From: an uncultured Solirubrobacteraceae bacterium
GTDB lineage: Bacteria > Actinomycetota > Thermoleophilia > Solirubrobacterales > Solirubrobacteraceae
Length of the DNA: 64,000 nucleotides
Direction: 5' to 3'
Assembly: GCA_963817295.1 (NCBI GenBank)
Contig: CAWFOF010000002.1
Location: 3,683 to 67,682 of the forward strand
Both the position numbers and the translations under genes were made by a program. Below the pieces are notes generated by a model. It was not told the origin of the DNA, ran no database searches, and worked only from the letters and a program-made list of their open reading frames with translations. Positions 29,481-37,766 of this stretch are shown here, piece after piece (position 1 is the stretch's first letter; each line of letters starts with the position of its first letter).

Positions 29481-29830
29481 CCACTGCGCGCAACGTCGCG
29501 ATCGTGGCCGTCATCGCGGCGGCCATCGCCTTCCTGCCTGGCGGCGGCGACGTCGCGGCCGTCGTGTCGCGCACGCTCGCCCTGGCGTTCTCCGGCGTGA
29601 TCCTGTGGGCCGGCTGGTGGGCCTACCGGCGCTTCGCGATGGATCTCGACGTGCTCCCGCACGGCTTTCGGGCGCTGCTCTACGCGGCACTCGGGGTCAT
29701 CGTCCTGGCCGTGGCGGGCTCGGCCAAGCTCACGGCCACGACGTCGGGGAGCCTCGTCTTCATCGTGATGCTCGCGGGTGCCGCGGTCGCGCTCGTCGCC
29801 GTGTGGCGCGCGCACCGCGAACTGGGCTGA
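29477..29830 (+). CDS. Small integral membrane protein (about four TM helices)
   Basis: The GTG at 29477 overlaps the regulator stop (GTGA). Sequence: VTTARNVAIVAVIAAAIAFLPGG...LAFSGVILWAGWWAYRRF...LLYAALGVIVLAVAGSA...LVFIVMLAGAAVALVAVW. Confidence 0.5.
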   Translation: MTTARNVAIVAVIAAAIAFLPGGGDVAAVVSRTLALAFSGVILWAGWWAYRRFAMDLDVLPHGFRALLYAALGVIVLAVAGSAKLTATTSGSLVFIVMLAGAAVALVAVWRAHRELG

Positions 29831-30021
29831 CCGCGTTCACAGACTCGCTACATCGGTGCGACGGATGCGCGCAACGATGTGCGCAGTTCAGCGGTCCCCA
29901 GATGCTCGCGGTGAGCTTTTCCTCCTCAGACCGCGGCCGCGCTGAACAGCGCTCGGCACACATCGGGGCGTCCGCCTCGTGGCAGCACGCGGCGGACGCT
30001 CGTGCCGGGCCCCTGCCACCG

Positions 30022-30444
30022 TCAGGTGGTCTTGACGACGAACACCGAGCAGGGTGCCTTGTGCGTGATCGAATTCGGGACGCTTCCGAGCACGCGGCGC
30101 TCCATGCCCTTGTTCCCGATGACGATCACGTCGGCATCGTGCTTCTCGGCCAGGCGCAGCAGGACCTGGGCGGCATCGCCTTCGGCGGCATCGGTGCGAA
30201 CCCTGAGCCCGCGGCTGATCGCTCGTTCCTCGGCCTTCTGCAGCGTGATGTCGACGGTGTCGGCGGGGTTGGTCAGCCACTGTTCCTCCGGCGGCGCGCC
30301 GCTGTGCGCGAGGTGCTCCTTGGCGGAGTAGGCGCTGATCACGACCACGCTGGCGCCGTACTTGTCAGCGAGGTCGAAGGCGGCGTCCACCGCGCTGTCT
30401 GCGGTCGCCGAGCCGTCGGTTCCGACCGCGATGGTGTGAATCAC
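30022..30444 (-). CDS. Universal stress protein (UspA family)
   Basis: Intact 140-aa ORF reading MIHTIAVGTDGSATADSAVDAAFDLA...DVIVIGNKGMERRVLGSVPNSITHKAPCSVFVVKT. Confidence 0.85.
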   Translation of the reverse strand: MIHTIAVGTDGSATADSAVDAAFDLADKYGASVVVISAYSAKEHLAHSGAPPEEQWLTNPADTVDITLQKAEERAISRGLRVRTDAAEGDAAQVLLRLAEKHDADVIVIGNKGMERRVLGSVPNSITHKAPCSVFVVKTT

Positions 30445-30508
30445 TGCGCCTCCATGAGGATCGAAGAAGCGGCGAGTATCGACGAACGACCATCCGTCGC
30501 CAGGACGC

Positions 30509-30576
30509 GATCACAGACTGTTCACAGGTCCCCTCCTCGAGCTGCCGCTCGCGGCGTCACGGAATGTTCACGGGCC
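30509..30576. promoter_or_regulatory. Two pairs of PHO-box-like direct repeats in the usp / metallophosphoesterase divergent region
   Basis: GATCACAGACT (30509) with GTTCACAGGTC (30520), and CGTCACGGAAT (30555) with GTTCACGGGCC (30566). Each pair is exactly 11 nt apart. Confidence 0.55.
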
Positions 30577-30650
30577 GGCGACAGGAGCACCACATCCCAG
30601 CTGGGGACGGCGCATAGCGTCGCGCTCGTTCCCGACTGAGAGGTGCACAA

Positions 30651-31844
30651 GTGATGAGACGTCTCGTTCTGAGCGTCGCCACCCTGGCGGCGCTGCTGGT
30701 CCCGGTCGCGGCTGCGTCCGCGCACGACGACGACCACGGCGATCGCGGTCGCGGTCCGGTGGACTACGCGATCATCGGCGACACGCCGTACGGCCTCACC
30801 GGCCAGACCGGGCTCTCGGCCTTCCCGAGCCACATCGCGCAGATCAACGGCGATCCGTCGGTGAGCCTCGTCGTCCACCTGGGCGACATCAAGAGCGGCT
30901 CGACGCGCTGCGACACGTCGTACTTCGACACGATCCGCGCGAACTTCGACGCGTTCCAGGACCCGCTGGTCTACACGCCGGGCGACAACGAGTGGACCGA
31001 CTGCCACCGGGCGAACAACGGCGGCTACCAGCCCGCCGGAGCACAGGACGACGCGGATCTCGCGCTCGCGGGCCCGATCCACAACGGCACCGCGCCGACC
31101 GTCGCCGGCGCTCCGGCTCCGTCGCGCCTGAGCGAGATCCGGCGGATCTTCTTCCCGCAGCCGGGTCGCACACTCGGGCAGCGCGGCCGCAGGGTGCAGG
31201 CGCAGCGCTGGCCCTACGTGGAGAACGTGACCTGGAACGAGGCGCGCGTGCAGTTCGGCGTCCTCAACGTCCCGGGCTCCAACAACGACCTGCTGCCGTG
31301 GTTCTGCCCGACCACGACACTCGCGACGTGTCTGCCTTCGGCCTCGCTGCTCCCGGGCATCCAGGCCGACGAGTACGCGGGCCGCAACGCGGCCAACCTG
31401 AAGTGGCTCGACCGCATCTTCGACGAGGCACGTGACGAGCACGCGAAGGGCGTGGCGATCGGCATCCAGGCCGACATGTGGGACCCCGCGATCACCGGCG
31501 ACCCGACGCAGTACTCCGGCTACACGCAGTTCGTGAACGAGCTCGCGCGCCAGTCGGTGCGGTTCCGGAAGCCCGTGCTGCTGATGAACGGTGATTCGCA
31601 CGTGTACAACGGCGATGCCGGCGACCAGCCGCTGGCGAACCCGTCGGCGCTGAACAGCACGATCTACGGCGTCGGCTACGCCGTGCCGAACCTGCGGCGC
31701 GTGGTCGTCGACGGCAGCACCACGACGGTTCCGCCGGCGACCCCCGGGGGCGTCGCGGTGCAGGACTACCTGAAGCTGCACGTCGATGCTTCGGCACCGG
31801 GCGTGTTCTCGTGGCAGCGGGTGCTCTACACGCCGGTTCCCTGA
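30651..31844 (+). CDS. Secreted calcineurin-like metallophosphoesterase (candidate phosphate-starvation phosphatase)
   Basis: Intact 397-aa ORF. Signal peptide MMRRLVLSVATLAALLVPVAAASA. Motifs: YAIIGDTPYG, VVHLGDIKSG, YTPGDNEWTDCHR. Confidence 0.7.
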   Translation: MMRRLVLSVATLAALLVPVAAASAHDDDHGDRGRGPVDYAIIGDTPYGLTGQTGLSAFPSHIAQINGDPSVSLVVHLGDIKSGSTRCDTSYFDTIRANFDAFQDPLVYTPGDNEWTDCHRANNGGYQPAGAQDDADLALAGPIHNGTAPTVAGAPAPSRLSEIRRIFFPQPGRTLGQRGRRVQAQRWPYVENVTWNEARVQFGVLNVPGSNNDLLPWFCPTTTLATCLPSASLLPGIQADEYAGRNAANLKWLDRIFDEARDEHAKGVAIGIQADMWDPAITGDPTQYSGYTQFVNELARQSVRFRKPVLLMNGDSHVYNGDAGDQPLANPSALNSTIYGVGYAVPNLRRVVVDGSTTTVPPATPGGVAVQDYLKLHVDASAPGVFSWQRVLYTPVP

Positions 31845-31860
31845 CGTCACATCCACCGAG

Positions 31861-31894
31861 CTGGGCGTTCGTGCCTCAGGGCGCGAACGCCCAG
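31861..31894 (+). terminator. Strong stem-loop after the metallophosphoesterase gene
   Basis: CTGGGCGTTCG (31861-31871) pairs perfectly with CGAACGCCCAG (31884-31894), 17 nt after the stop. There is no U-tract. Confidence 0.5.
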
Positions 31895-31959
31895 TGACGT
31901 GACGCTTTCGTGACGATCGCGCCGTAGCGCCGTCACCTGCGCCCGGGCAGGCTCGGGCC

Positions 31960-32301
31960 ATGCGCGATCACGGATCCGAGGCGGGGCAGGCGAGCGTCGA
32001 GCTCGTCGCGCTGCTGCCGATTCTCTTCGCGGTCCTCCTCGCCTCGTGGCAGGGCGCGGTGGCCGGGCAGGCCTGGTGGCTCGCCGCCGGTGCGGCGCGC
32101 GCCGGTGCTCGCGCGGACCTCGTCGGGGGCGACCCGCTCGCGGCCGCGCGGCGCGAGCTTCCGGCCGGCCTGCGCCGCCGGCTCACCGTGCGCCGGGGCG
32201 GCGGCGAGCTCGTCGTGCGTCTCGGAATCCCGGCGATCGCCGGGCTCGGGCGACTGGGCACGGCGACCGCCCGCGTGCGCGCGGCGGAGACCGGCTCGTG
32301 A
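31960..32301 (+). CDS. TadE-like pseudopilin
   Basis: Intact 113-aa ORF with N-terminus MRDHGSEAGQASVELVALLPILFAVLLASWQ (TadE-type hydrophobic N-terminus). Confidence 0.65.
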   Translation: MRDHGSEAGQASVELVALLPILFAVLLASWQGAVAGQAWWLAAGAARAGARADLVGGDPLAAARRELPAGLRRRLTVRRGGGELVVRLGIPAIAGLGRLGTATARVRAAETGS

Positions 32302-32627
32302 GCGAGCGCGGGCAGGCGAGCGTGGAGCTCGCGGCGTTCCTGCCCCTGCTGCTGCTCGTCGTCCTCGTCGTGGCGCAGCTGCTCGCCGCAGGGCGGTGCC
32401 GTGAGCTGGTCGGGCAGGCCGCGGGCGCCGGCGCGGCGGCCCTGCTCCAGGACGAGGATCCGGCCCGGGCGGCCCGCCGCGCACTTCCGGGATGGTCACG
32501 CGGTCGCCTCGACGTCGCGGTGCGCGGCCGCGTCGTCGCGGTGGTGCTGCGGCCGCCAGGGCTGGTGCCCGGGCTGGCCGGCCTGCTGCAGGCCCGCGCC
32601 CGCGCGGACGCGGGGCCGACCCCGTGA
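32298..32627 (+). CDS. TadE-like pseudopilin (second copy)
   Basis: The GTG at 32298 overlaps the upstream stop (GTGA). Sequence: VSERGQASVELAAFLPLLLLVVLVVAQLL..., within ORF 32046..32627. Confidence 0.6.
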   Translation: MSERGQASVELAAFLPLLLLVVLVVAQLLAAGRCRELVGQAAGAGAAALLQDEDPARAARRALPGWSRGRLDVAVRGRVVAVVLRPPGLVPGLAGLLQARARADAGPTP

Positions 32628-33190
32628 GCGCGGGTGACCGCTTCGACGTCGCGGTCGTCGGGCGGGCCGCCGACGTCACGGCGGTCGCGGCCGCTGCGGC
32701 GAGCATCCTGGCGGCGCGCTCGGCGTCGCGTGCGGCGCTCGTCGTCGGCGCGGGCGAGCGCACGGCAGGGGGCCGCAGGCCCCGCGACGGCTCCGGCGCG
32801 CCGGCTGCGCGAGCGCGTCGCGGCGCGCGACCTCGACGCACGTGCGCGGGGCCGGATCGTGTGGTGCGCGGTCGACGCCGGCGAGCGCGACCCCGTCCGC
32901 GGCCGCGTGTCGCGCCGCTGCGGTCGGCGGGCCCGGTCGTCCTCGCCGTCTGCGGGCCGCGCGCCGCGTGGGTCGAGCCGCTGATCGACGACGCGGCGCT
33001 CGTGCTCGTGGCCGGCGACGCGGGTGACCCGCTCACCGCGCTCGCCGTGTCGGGGCTGCAGGCGCGCGGCCTCGCCGCCGCGAGCGTCGCCGCCCCCGAG
33101 GGCCTCGGCGCCGTGCTCGCGCGGATCGGTCTCGGAAGCACCGGGACGTGGCAGGGTGCACTTCCGGGCGCGCTGAGCGAGCGCGCATGA
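32624..33190 (+). CDS. Hypothetical protein of the Tad-like operon (possible CpaE-like N-terminal-domain relative without ATPase); frame switches
   Basis: The GTG at 32624 overlaps the upstream stop. Sequence: VSAGDRFDVAVVGRAADVTAVAAAAASILAARSASRAALVVGAG ... PVVLAVCGPRAAWVEPLIDDAALVLVAGDAGDPLTALAVSGLQARG (ORF 32492..33190 with a middle part in other frames). Confidence 0.35.
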   Translation: MSAGDRFDVAVVGRAADVTAVAAAAASILAARSASRAALVVGAGERTAGGRRPRDGSGAPAARARRGARPRRTCAGPDRVVRGRRRRARPRPRPRVAPLRSAGPVVLAVCGPRAAWVEPLIDDAALVLVAGDAGDPLTALAVSGLQARGLAAASVAAPEGLGAVLARIGLGSTGTWQGALPGALSERA

Positions 33191-34452
33191 CCGATCGCCG
33201 GGACCGTGGCCAGGCGACGCTGCTGCTGATCGGCGGCCTCTTCGTCATCGTGGCCGGCGGTACGGCGCTGGCGCTGATCGCGTCGGGCGTGACCGCGCAT
33301 GGAGCCCGCCAGCGCGCCGCCGACCTCGGCGCGCTCGCGACGGCGCGGGCGCTCGTCGACCTGCGTCCGCGCGCCCTCGAGCCGCGGCGCTCGCCGCGGT
33401 ACCTGACGCCGGCCGCCTACATCGCGGCCGCACGCGACGTCGGTCGCCGCACCGCGCTGCGCAACGGCGGCGCCGGCATCGAGGTGGACGTGTCGGACGG
33501 CCCGCTGCCCGACCGCGCGACGGTGACCGTCAGCGCCGCGATCGAGCTTCCGGGCGGCGCGCGCATCGGCGGGCGGGCGCGTGCCGTCGCCGCGGTCGCC
33601 GCGGAGGGCGCGGCGATCGGCGACGGCGAGTACCCCGGTCCGTTCGCGCTGCGGCAGGGCAAGCCGATGCGGCCCGACACGGCGCTGGCGTTCGACCGGC
33701 TCGCCGCGGCGGCTCGCACCGCGGGCCTGTCGCTCACGATCGCGAGCGCATTTCGCACGGATGCGGAGCAGGCGCGACTGTTCGCGGCACATCCCGACCC
33801 CAAGTGGGTGGCGCGGCCGGGAACGTCGCTGCATCGCCTGGGGACGGAGCTCGACCTCGGCCCGCGGGCGGCCTACGGCTGGCTCGCGGCGAAGGCGGGG
33901 CGGTTCGGCTTCATCCGGCGCTACGCGTGGGAGCCGTGGCATTTCGGCCTGGGCGCGTCGCCGGGCAGCGCGTCCGTCGGGTTCGGTCTTCCCGGCGGCT
34001 CGGTGGCCGGAGCCGTCCCGGGGTTCGTCCCGGCACGGTTCGCGCCGCCGCTGCGCGCGGCCGCGATCCGCTGGAGCGTCGGCGCCGCGCTGCTGGCGGC
34101 GCAGCTCCAGCAGGAGTCCGGGTTCGACCCGCGCTCGCGCTCCTCGGCGGGTGCGCTGGGGATCGCGCAGTTCATGCCGGGCACGGCCCGGCTGTACGGC
34201 CTCGCCGACCCGTTCGACCCGGAGGCCGCGATCGACGCGCAGGCGCATCTCATGCACGACCTGCTGCGCCGGTTCGGCTCGGTGCCGCTCGCGCTCGCGG
34301 CGTACAACGCGGGCGCCGGCCGCGTCGCCGCCTGCGGCTGCGTGCCGCCGATGGCGGAGACCCAGGCCTACGTGCAGCGCATCGTCGCGCTCGCGCGCGG
34401 CGCCGGGGGAACGACCGGTGTGGCCGGCCCGCCGGTCCGCCTCGTCGGCTGA
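33187..34452 (+). CDS. Fusion protein: TadE-like (Rv3654c-type) N-terminus, VanY-like D-Ala-D-Ala carboxypeptidase (M15B) and SLT lytic transglycosylase
   Basis: Intact; the Met at 33187 overlaps the upstream stop (ATGA). Segments: RGQATLLLIGGLFVIVAGGTALALIASGVTAHGARQRAADLGALATA; then SAFRTDAEQARLF...PGTSLHRLGTELDL...WEPWHF; then LQQESGFDPRSRSSAGALGIAQFMPGT...AAYNAG. Confidence 0.7.
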   Translation: MTDRRDRGQATLLLIGGLFVIVAGGTALALIASGVTAHGARQRAADLGALATARALVDLRPRALEPRRSPRYLTPAAYIAAARDVGRRTALRNGGAGIEVDVSDGPLPDRATVTVSAAIELPGGARIGGRARAVAAVAAEGAAIGDGEYPGPFALRQGKPMRPDTALAFDRLAAAARTAGLSLTIASAFRTDAEQARLFAAHPDPKWVARPGTSLHRLGTELDLGPRAAYGWLAAKAGRFGFIRRYAWEPWHFGLGASPGSASVGFGLPGGSVAGAVPGFVPARFAPPLRAAAIRWSVGAALLAAQLQQESGFDPRSRSSAGALGIAQFMPGTARLYGLADPFDPEAAIDAQAHLMHDLLRRFGSVPLALAAYNAGAGRVAACGCVPPMAETQAYVQRIVALARGAGGTTGVAGPPVRLVG

Positions 34453-34458
34453 CCGGTC

Positions 34459-35020
34459 CTAGTACCCGTTCGCGTGGATCGTCGCGAACGCGTCGGCGAG
34501 CGGGAAGCCGAGCGATTCGCGCACGCCGCCGATGTGGCAGGTGCCGTGCGGGGTCGTCGTGCCGCGGATGACGACCCAGATGCCGGCGAGCCGTGTCGGG
34601 CCGACGTAGGCGGCCTTCAGCGCGCCGCCGCTGAACTTCGCGATGCGCCAGGAGGCGCCGCCGTTCGTGCCGGACCCGTACGTGGTGCCGCCCTTGACCT
34701 GCTCCGCGAGGACGGCGGCCGAGGTCGTCGCCGTCGACGCGACGAGCGCCGGCGCGATCGTGCCGGTCGAGTGGCAGGTGCCGACCGGGCCGAAGCTGAT
34801 CCGGGTCTTCGCCTTGTTGTACTTCGGGCTCCAGCGGTCCGGGAGCAGCATCCGCGTGAGCCGGGCGCTGTGCGTGCCGGCCGCGCCCTCGACGGTGGCC
34901 TTGCCGTTGTAGAGGGCGTAGCTGTGCCAGCCCGAGCCCGTCGACGCGGCGCCCGCGGGCGCCGCGAACGCGGCGGCGACGAGCACGGAGATCAGGAGGG
35001 CGGGGAGCGAGGAGGCGCAT
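34459..35020 (-). CDS. Secreted hypothetical protein
   Basis: C-terminal part of ORF 34459..36111(-): LPALLISVLVAAAFAAPAGAASTGSGWHSYALYNGKATVEG...TCHSTGTI...TPHGTCHIGGVRESLGF. The probable ATG at 35020 (ORF 34250..35020 frame, MRLL) needs a frame switch right after the start. Confidence 0.45.
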
Positions 35021-35097
35021 ACAGAGTCCAACGCCCCGGGCGGCCGAAAGTTACGTCGAGGCCCGCACGGCGCCCGTGTTCGCCAGACTGCCGCGCG

Positions 35098-35532
35098 ATG
35101 CCCGCGTTCACCTGGACCATCCGCGTGCGCTACCACGAGTGCGATCCGCAGGGGATCGTCTTCAACGCGCACTACTTCACGTTCTTCGACATGACGATCA
35201 CCGAGCTGCTGCGGGCCGCCTTCCCGGAAGGCGGCTACGGCGAGATGGTCGAGCGGGCTCGGCGTCGACATCGTGGTCGCCGAGGCGACCGCGCGCTTCC
35301 ACGGGTCCGCCCGCTTCGACGAGGACCTCGAGCTGAGCGCCACGGTGACCCGGCTCGGCACCACCGGGATGACGACGGCGCTCACCGTCGCCCGCGACGG
35401 GCGACCGTCGCTCGTCGAAGGCGAGCTGCGCCACGTGTTCGTCGATGCGACCACATGGACGAAGACCCCGATCCCGGACGCCGTCCGCGCCGCGCTCGCG
35501 CCGTGGTCCGATGGCCGGCGCGTCGAACCTGA
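35098..35532 (+). CDS. Acyl-CoA thioesterase (4HBT/YbgC-like); one frame switch near 35265, 3' end uncertain
   Basis: MPAFTWTIRVRYHECDPQGIVFNAHYFTFFDMTITELLRAAF (ORF 34474 frame) joins MVAEATARFHGSARFDEDLELSATVTRLGTTGMTTALTVARDG...GELRHVFVD (ORF 35273 frame). Confidence 0.7.
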   Translation: MPAFTWTIRVRYHECDPQGIVFNAHYFTFFDMTITELLRAAFPEGGYGEMVERARRRHRGRRGDRALPRVRPLRRGPRAERHGDPARHHRDDDGAHRRPRRATVARRRRAAPRVRRCDHMDEDPDPGRRPRRARAVVRWPARRT

Positions 35533-35605
35533 AAACGGCATAAGGCCCGGCGCGCCAGCGCAACTTCCCTTGCTACGGTCGGTTTCAGTCAGCGGCACGC
35601 AGGGA

Positions 35606-37766
35606 ATGCGCGCCCCTCGACCCCTTCGGAGGACTTCGAACGTGCGCAGGACCCTCGTCGCTCTCACGGGCGCCACCATGGTGGCGCTCGCCCTCATTCC
35701 GGCCGCCGCTCCTGCGGCGACGGGCAGCGGTGCGCGCGGTTGCGACCCGCTCGACGCCAAGCGCTGCCTGCTTCCGTGGCCGAACAACGCGTTCACCGTG
35801 TCGGACGTGCGCACGGACACCGGCCGCCGCGTGAAGCTGCTGCCGTCGCAGATGCCGAAGAACGCGAAGGGCAAGCGGATCGACCCGACCGACTTCAACC
35901 GCGCGGACGGCTTCAGCCCCGGCTCGTCGATCCTCACGTACGTCCCGAACCTCAGTCTCAAGAAGACCGGCGCCGTTCCGGTGACGAACCTGCGCAAGGC
36001 GCTCGACCGCACCCAGCCGATCGCCGTCGTCAACGCCCGCACCGGCGCGCGGACGCTGATCTGGGCGGAGATGGACAGCACGAGCAAGCCCGGCGAGCGC
36101 CTGCTGATCATCCACCCGGCGAAGAACCTCTCGCGCGGGCAGCGCTACATCGTCGCGCTCAGCAACCTGAAGGACACGAAGGGCCGGCTGATCAAGGCGC
36201 CCGCGTCGTTCCGCGTCTTCCGTGACCAGCTGCAGACCAAGAGCCGGGTGCAGGAGCGCCGGCGCCTGACCTTCGAGAAGAACTTCGCCGCGCTCGCCAA
36301 GGCGGGCGTCAAGCGCAAGAACCTCTACCTCGCGTGGGACTTCACGGTCGCCAGCACGCGCAACATCACCGAGCGCTCGCTCGCGATCCGCGACAACGCC
36401 TTCGCGGTCCTCGGCGACGTCAACCTCGTGGACCGTCAGGTGAAGGGCGGCGCCCCGCGCTTCGCGCTCGACGCGCCGCAGGAGTTCGCGCCCTGCGGCT
36501 CCGACGGCTGCCAGGCGGGGGAGAGCGACCAGCTCGCGCGCAAGGTCACCGGCACGATGACCGTGCCGTGCTACCTCGACAAGCAGGGCTGCCCGGTCGG
36601 CTCGCGGTTCCGCTACGAGCACCTCAAGAAGATCGCCAACTTCCAGGCGAACCGCTTCGTCTACGTGCCGGACCGCATCAAGAACAACACGATGCAGGTG
36701 CCGTTCACGTGCATCGTCCCGCGCGCGGCGCTCAGCAAGCCCTCGCGCCTCGCGCTCTACGGGCATGCGCAGTTCAGCGGCCAGGACGACGTGCTGCGCC
36801 CCGACGTCCAGGCGCTCGCGCAGGAGGGCGACATCACGCTCTGCGCCGCGCGGCGAGGCCGGATACGCCAGCGAGGACGCGGCGCTGCTGCGCTCGAGCT
36901 TCGCGGACGCGAGCCGCTTCGCCCAGGTCGCCGACCGGCTGCAGCAGGGCGCCGTCAACAACCTCATGCTCGGGCGGCTGATGATCCACCCGAAGGGCCT
37001 CGTCTCCCAGCCGGCGTTCCGCACGCCGACGGGCGGGCCCGCGGTGGACACCTTCGAGCTCTACTACGACACGACCTCCGGCGGCGCGTTCGGCGGCATG
37101 GTCGCCGCGCTCTCACCGGACGCCGTGCGCGCGTCGCTCGGCACCGGCGGCATGAACTACAGCCTCATGCTCCCGCGCAGCGTGAACTTCCAGCCGTTCG
37201 AGGCCGGCTTCGCGAAGGCGTACCCGAGCCGCCTGGACCGCATGCTGATCCTGTCGATGCTCCAGGGCCAGTGGGACCGCGCCGAGACCGAGCGGCTACG
37301 CGCAGAGCCTCACGCAGGACCCGCTTCCCAACACGCCGCTGCACACGCTCCTGTTCCAGGCCGCGGTCGGCGACCATCAGGTGCCGACGGTGGCGACCGA
37401 GGCCGAGGCCCGCTCCGTCGAGGCCGTCGTGCGGGCCCCCGAGTTCGACGCGGGCCGCTCGCCCGACCTGATCCCCGGCTACTCGCTGACCGAGACGAGC
37501 CAGCTCGAGCTCGGCTCCGTGCTCACGATGTGGGACGGCGGGCCGGTGCGCGACGGCGGCGCCTCCGGGACGCCGATCGCGCCGACGGCCGACGTGCCGC
37601 CGACCGCCGGCAAGGACCCGCACGATCTCCCGGCACAGACGCCGGCCGCGCGCACGCTGCGCTCGAACTTCATGCACCCGGACGCGCGCTTCGTCGATCG
37701 CGTGCCCGCCGGCCCGCGCGTGCCGCGCGGCCGGCTGGGGCTACTGCCCGGCAGCGCGGGCGCTAG
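35606..37766 (+). CDS. Large secreted hypothetical protein (possible alpha/beta-hydrolase-like), frameshifted as assembled
   Basis: ORF 35273..37471 from the Met at 35606 (or GTG at 35642). Signal peptide VRRTLVALTGATMVALALIPAAAPAATG. Also CDPLDAKRCLLPWPNN...LALYGHAQFSGQ. It continues in ORF 36765..37766 (ELYYDTTSGGAFGGMVAALSPD) and ORF 37381 frame (PTVATEAEARS...GKDPHDLP). Confidence 0.45.

Noticed and set aside
28628-29830. A 400-aa ORF suggesting a response regulator fused to a four-TM domain.
   Set aside because: The conserved C-terminus of the DNA-binding domain (DWRYIHTHFGVGYRFAPE) is in the +1 frame and stops at 29480. The membrane protein starts at an overlapping GTG (29477). The continuous ORF exists only because of the frame switch near 29320.
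29835-29840. A single GTTCAC after the small membrane protein gene as another PHO box.
   Set aside because: There is only one unit. The next 11-nt position reads CGCTAC. Single hexamers occur by chance many times in the window.
31894-31920. GTGACG repeats (31899 and 31910, 11 nt apart) upstream of the Tad-like operon as a PHO box.
   Set aside because: The core is GTGAC(G) rather than GTGAAC, and only two weak units are present, overlapping a third out-of-phase copy. This is too weak to claim Pho control of the Tad-like genes.
34474-35100. The upstream 200 codons of ORF 34474..35532 as an N-terminal extension of the thioesterase.
   Set aside because: That part is antisense to the secreted-protein gene 34459..35020 and translates to Arg/Gly/Asp-rich nonsense. 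The thioesterase signature begins at the Met at 35098 (MPAFTWTIRVRYHECDPQG).
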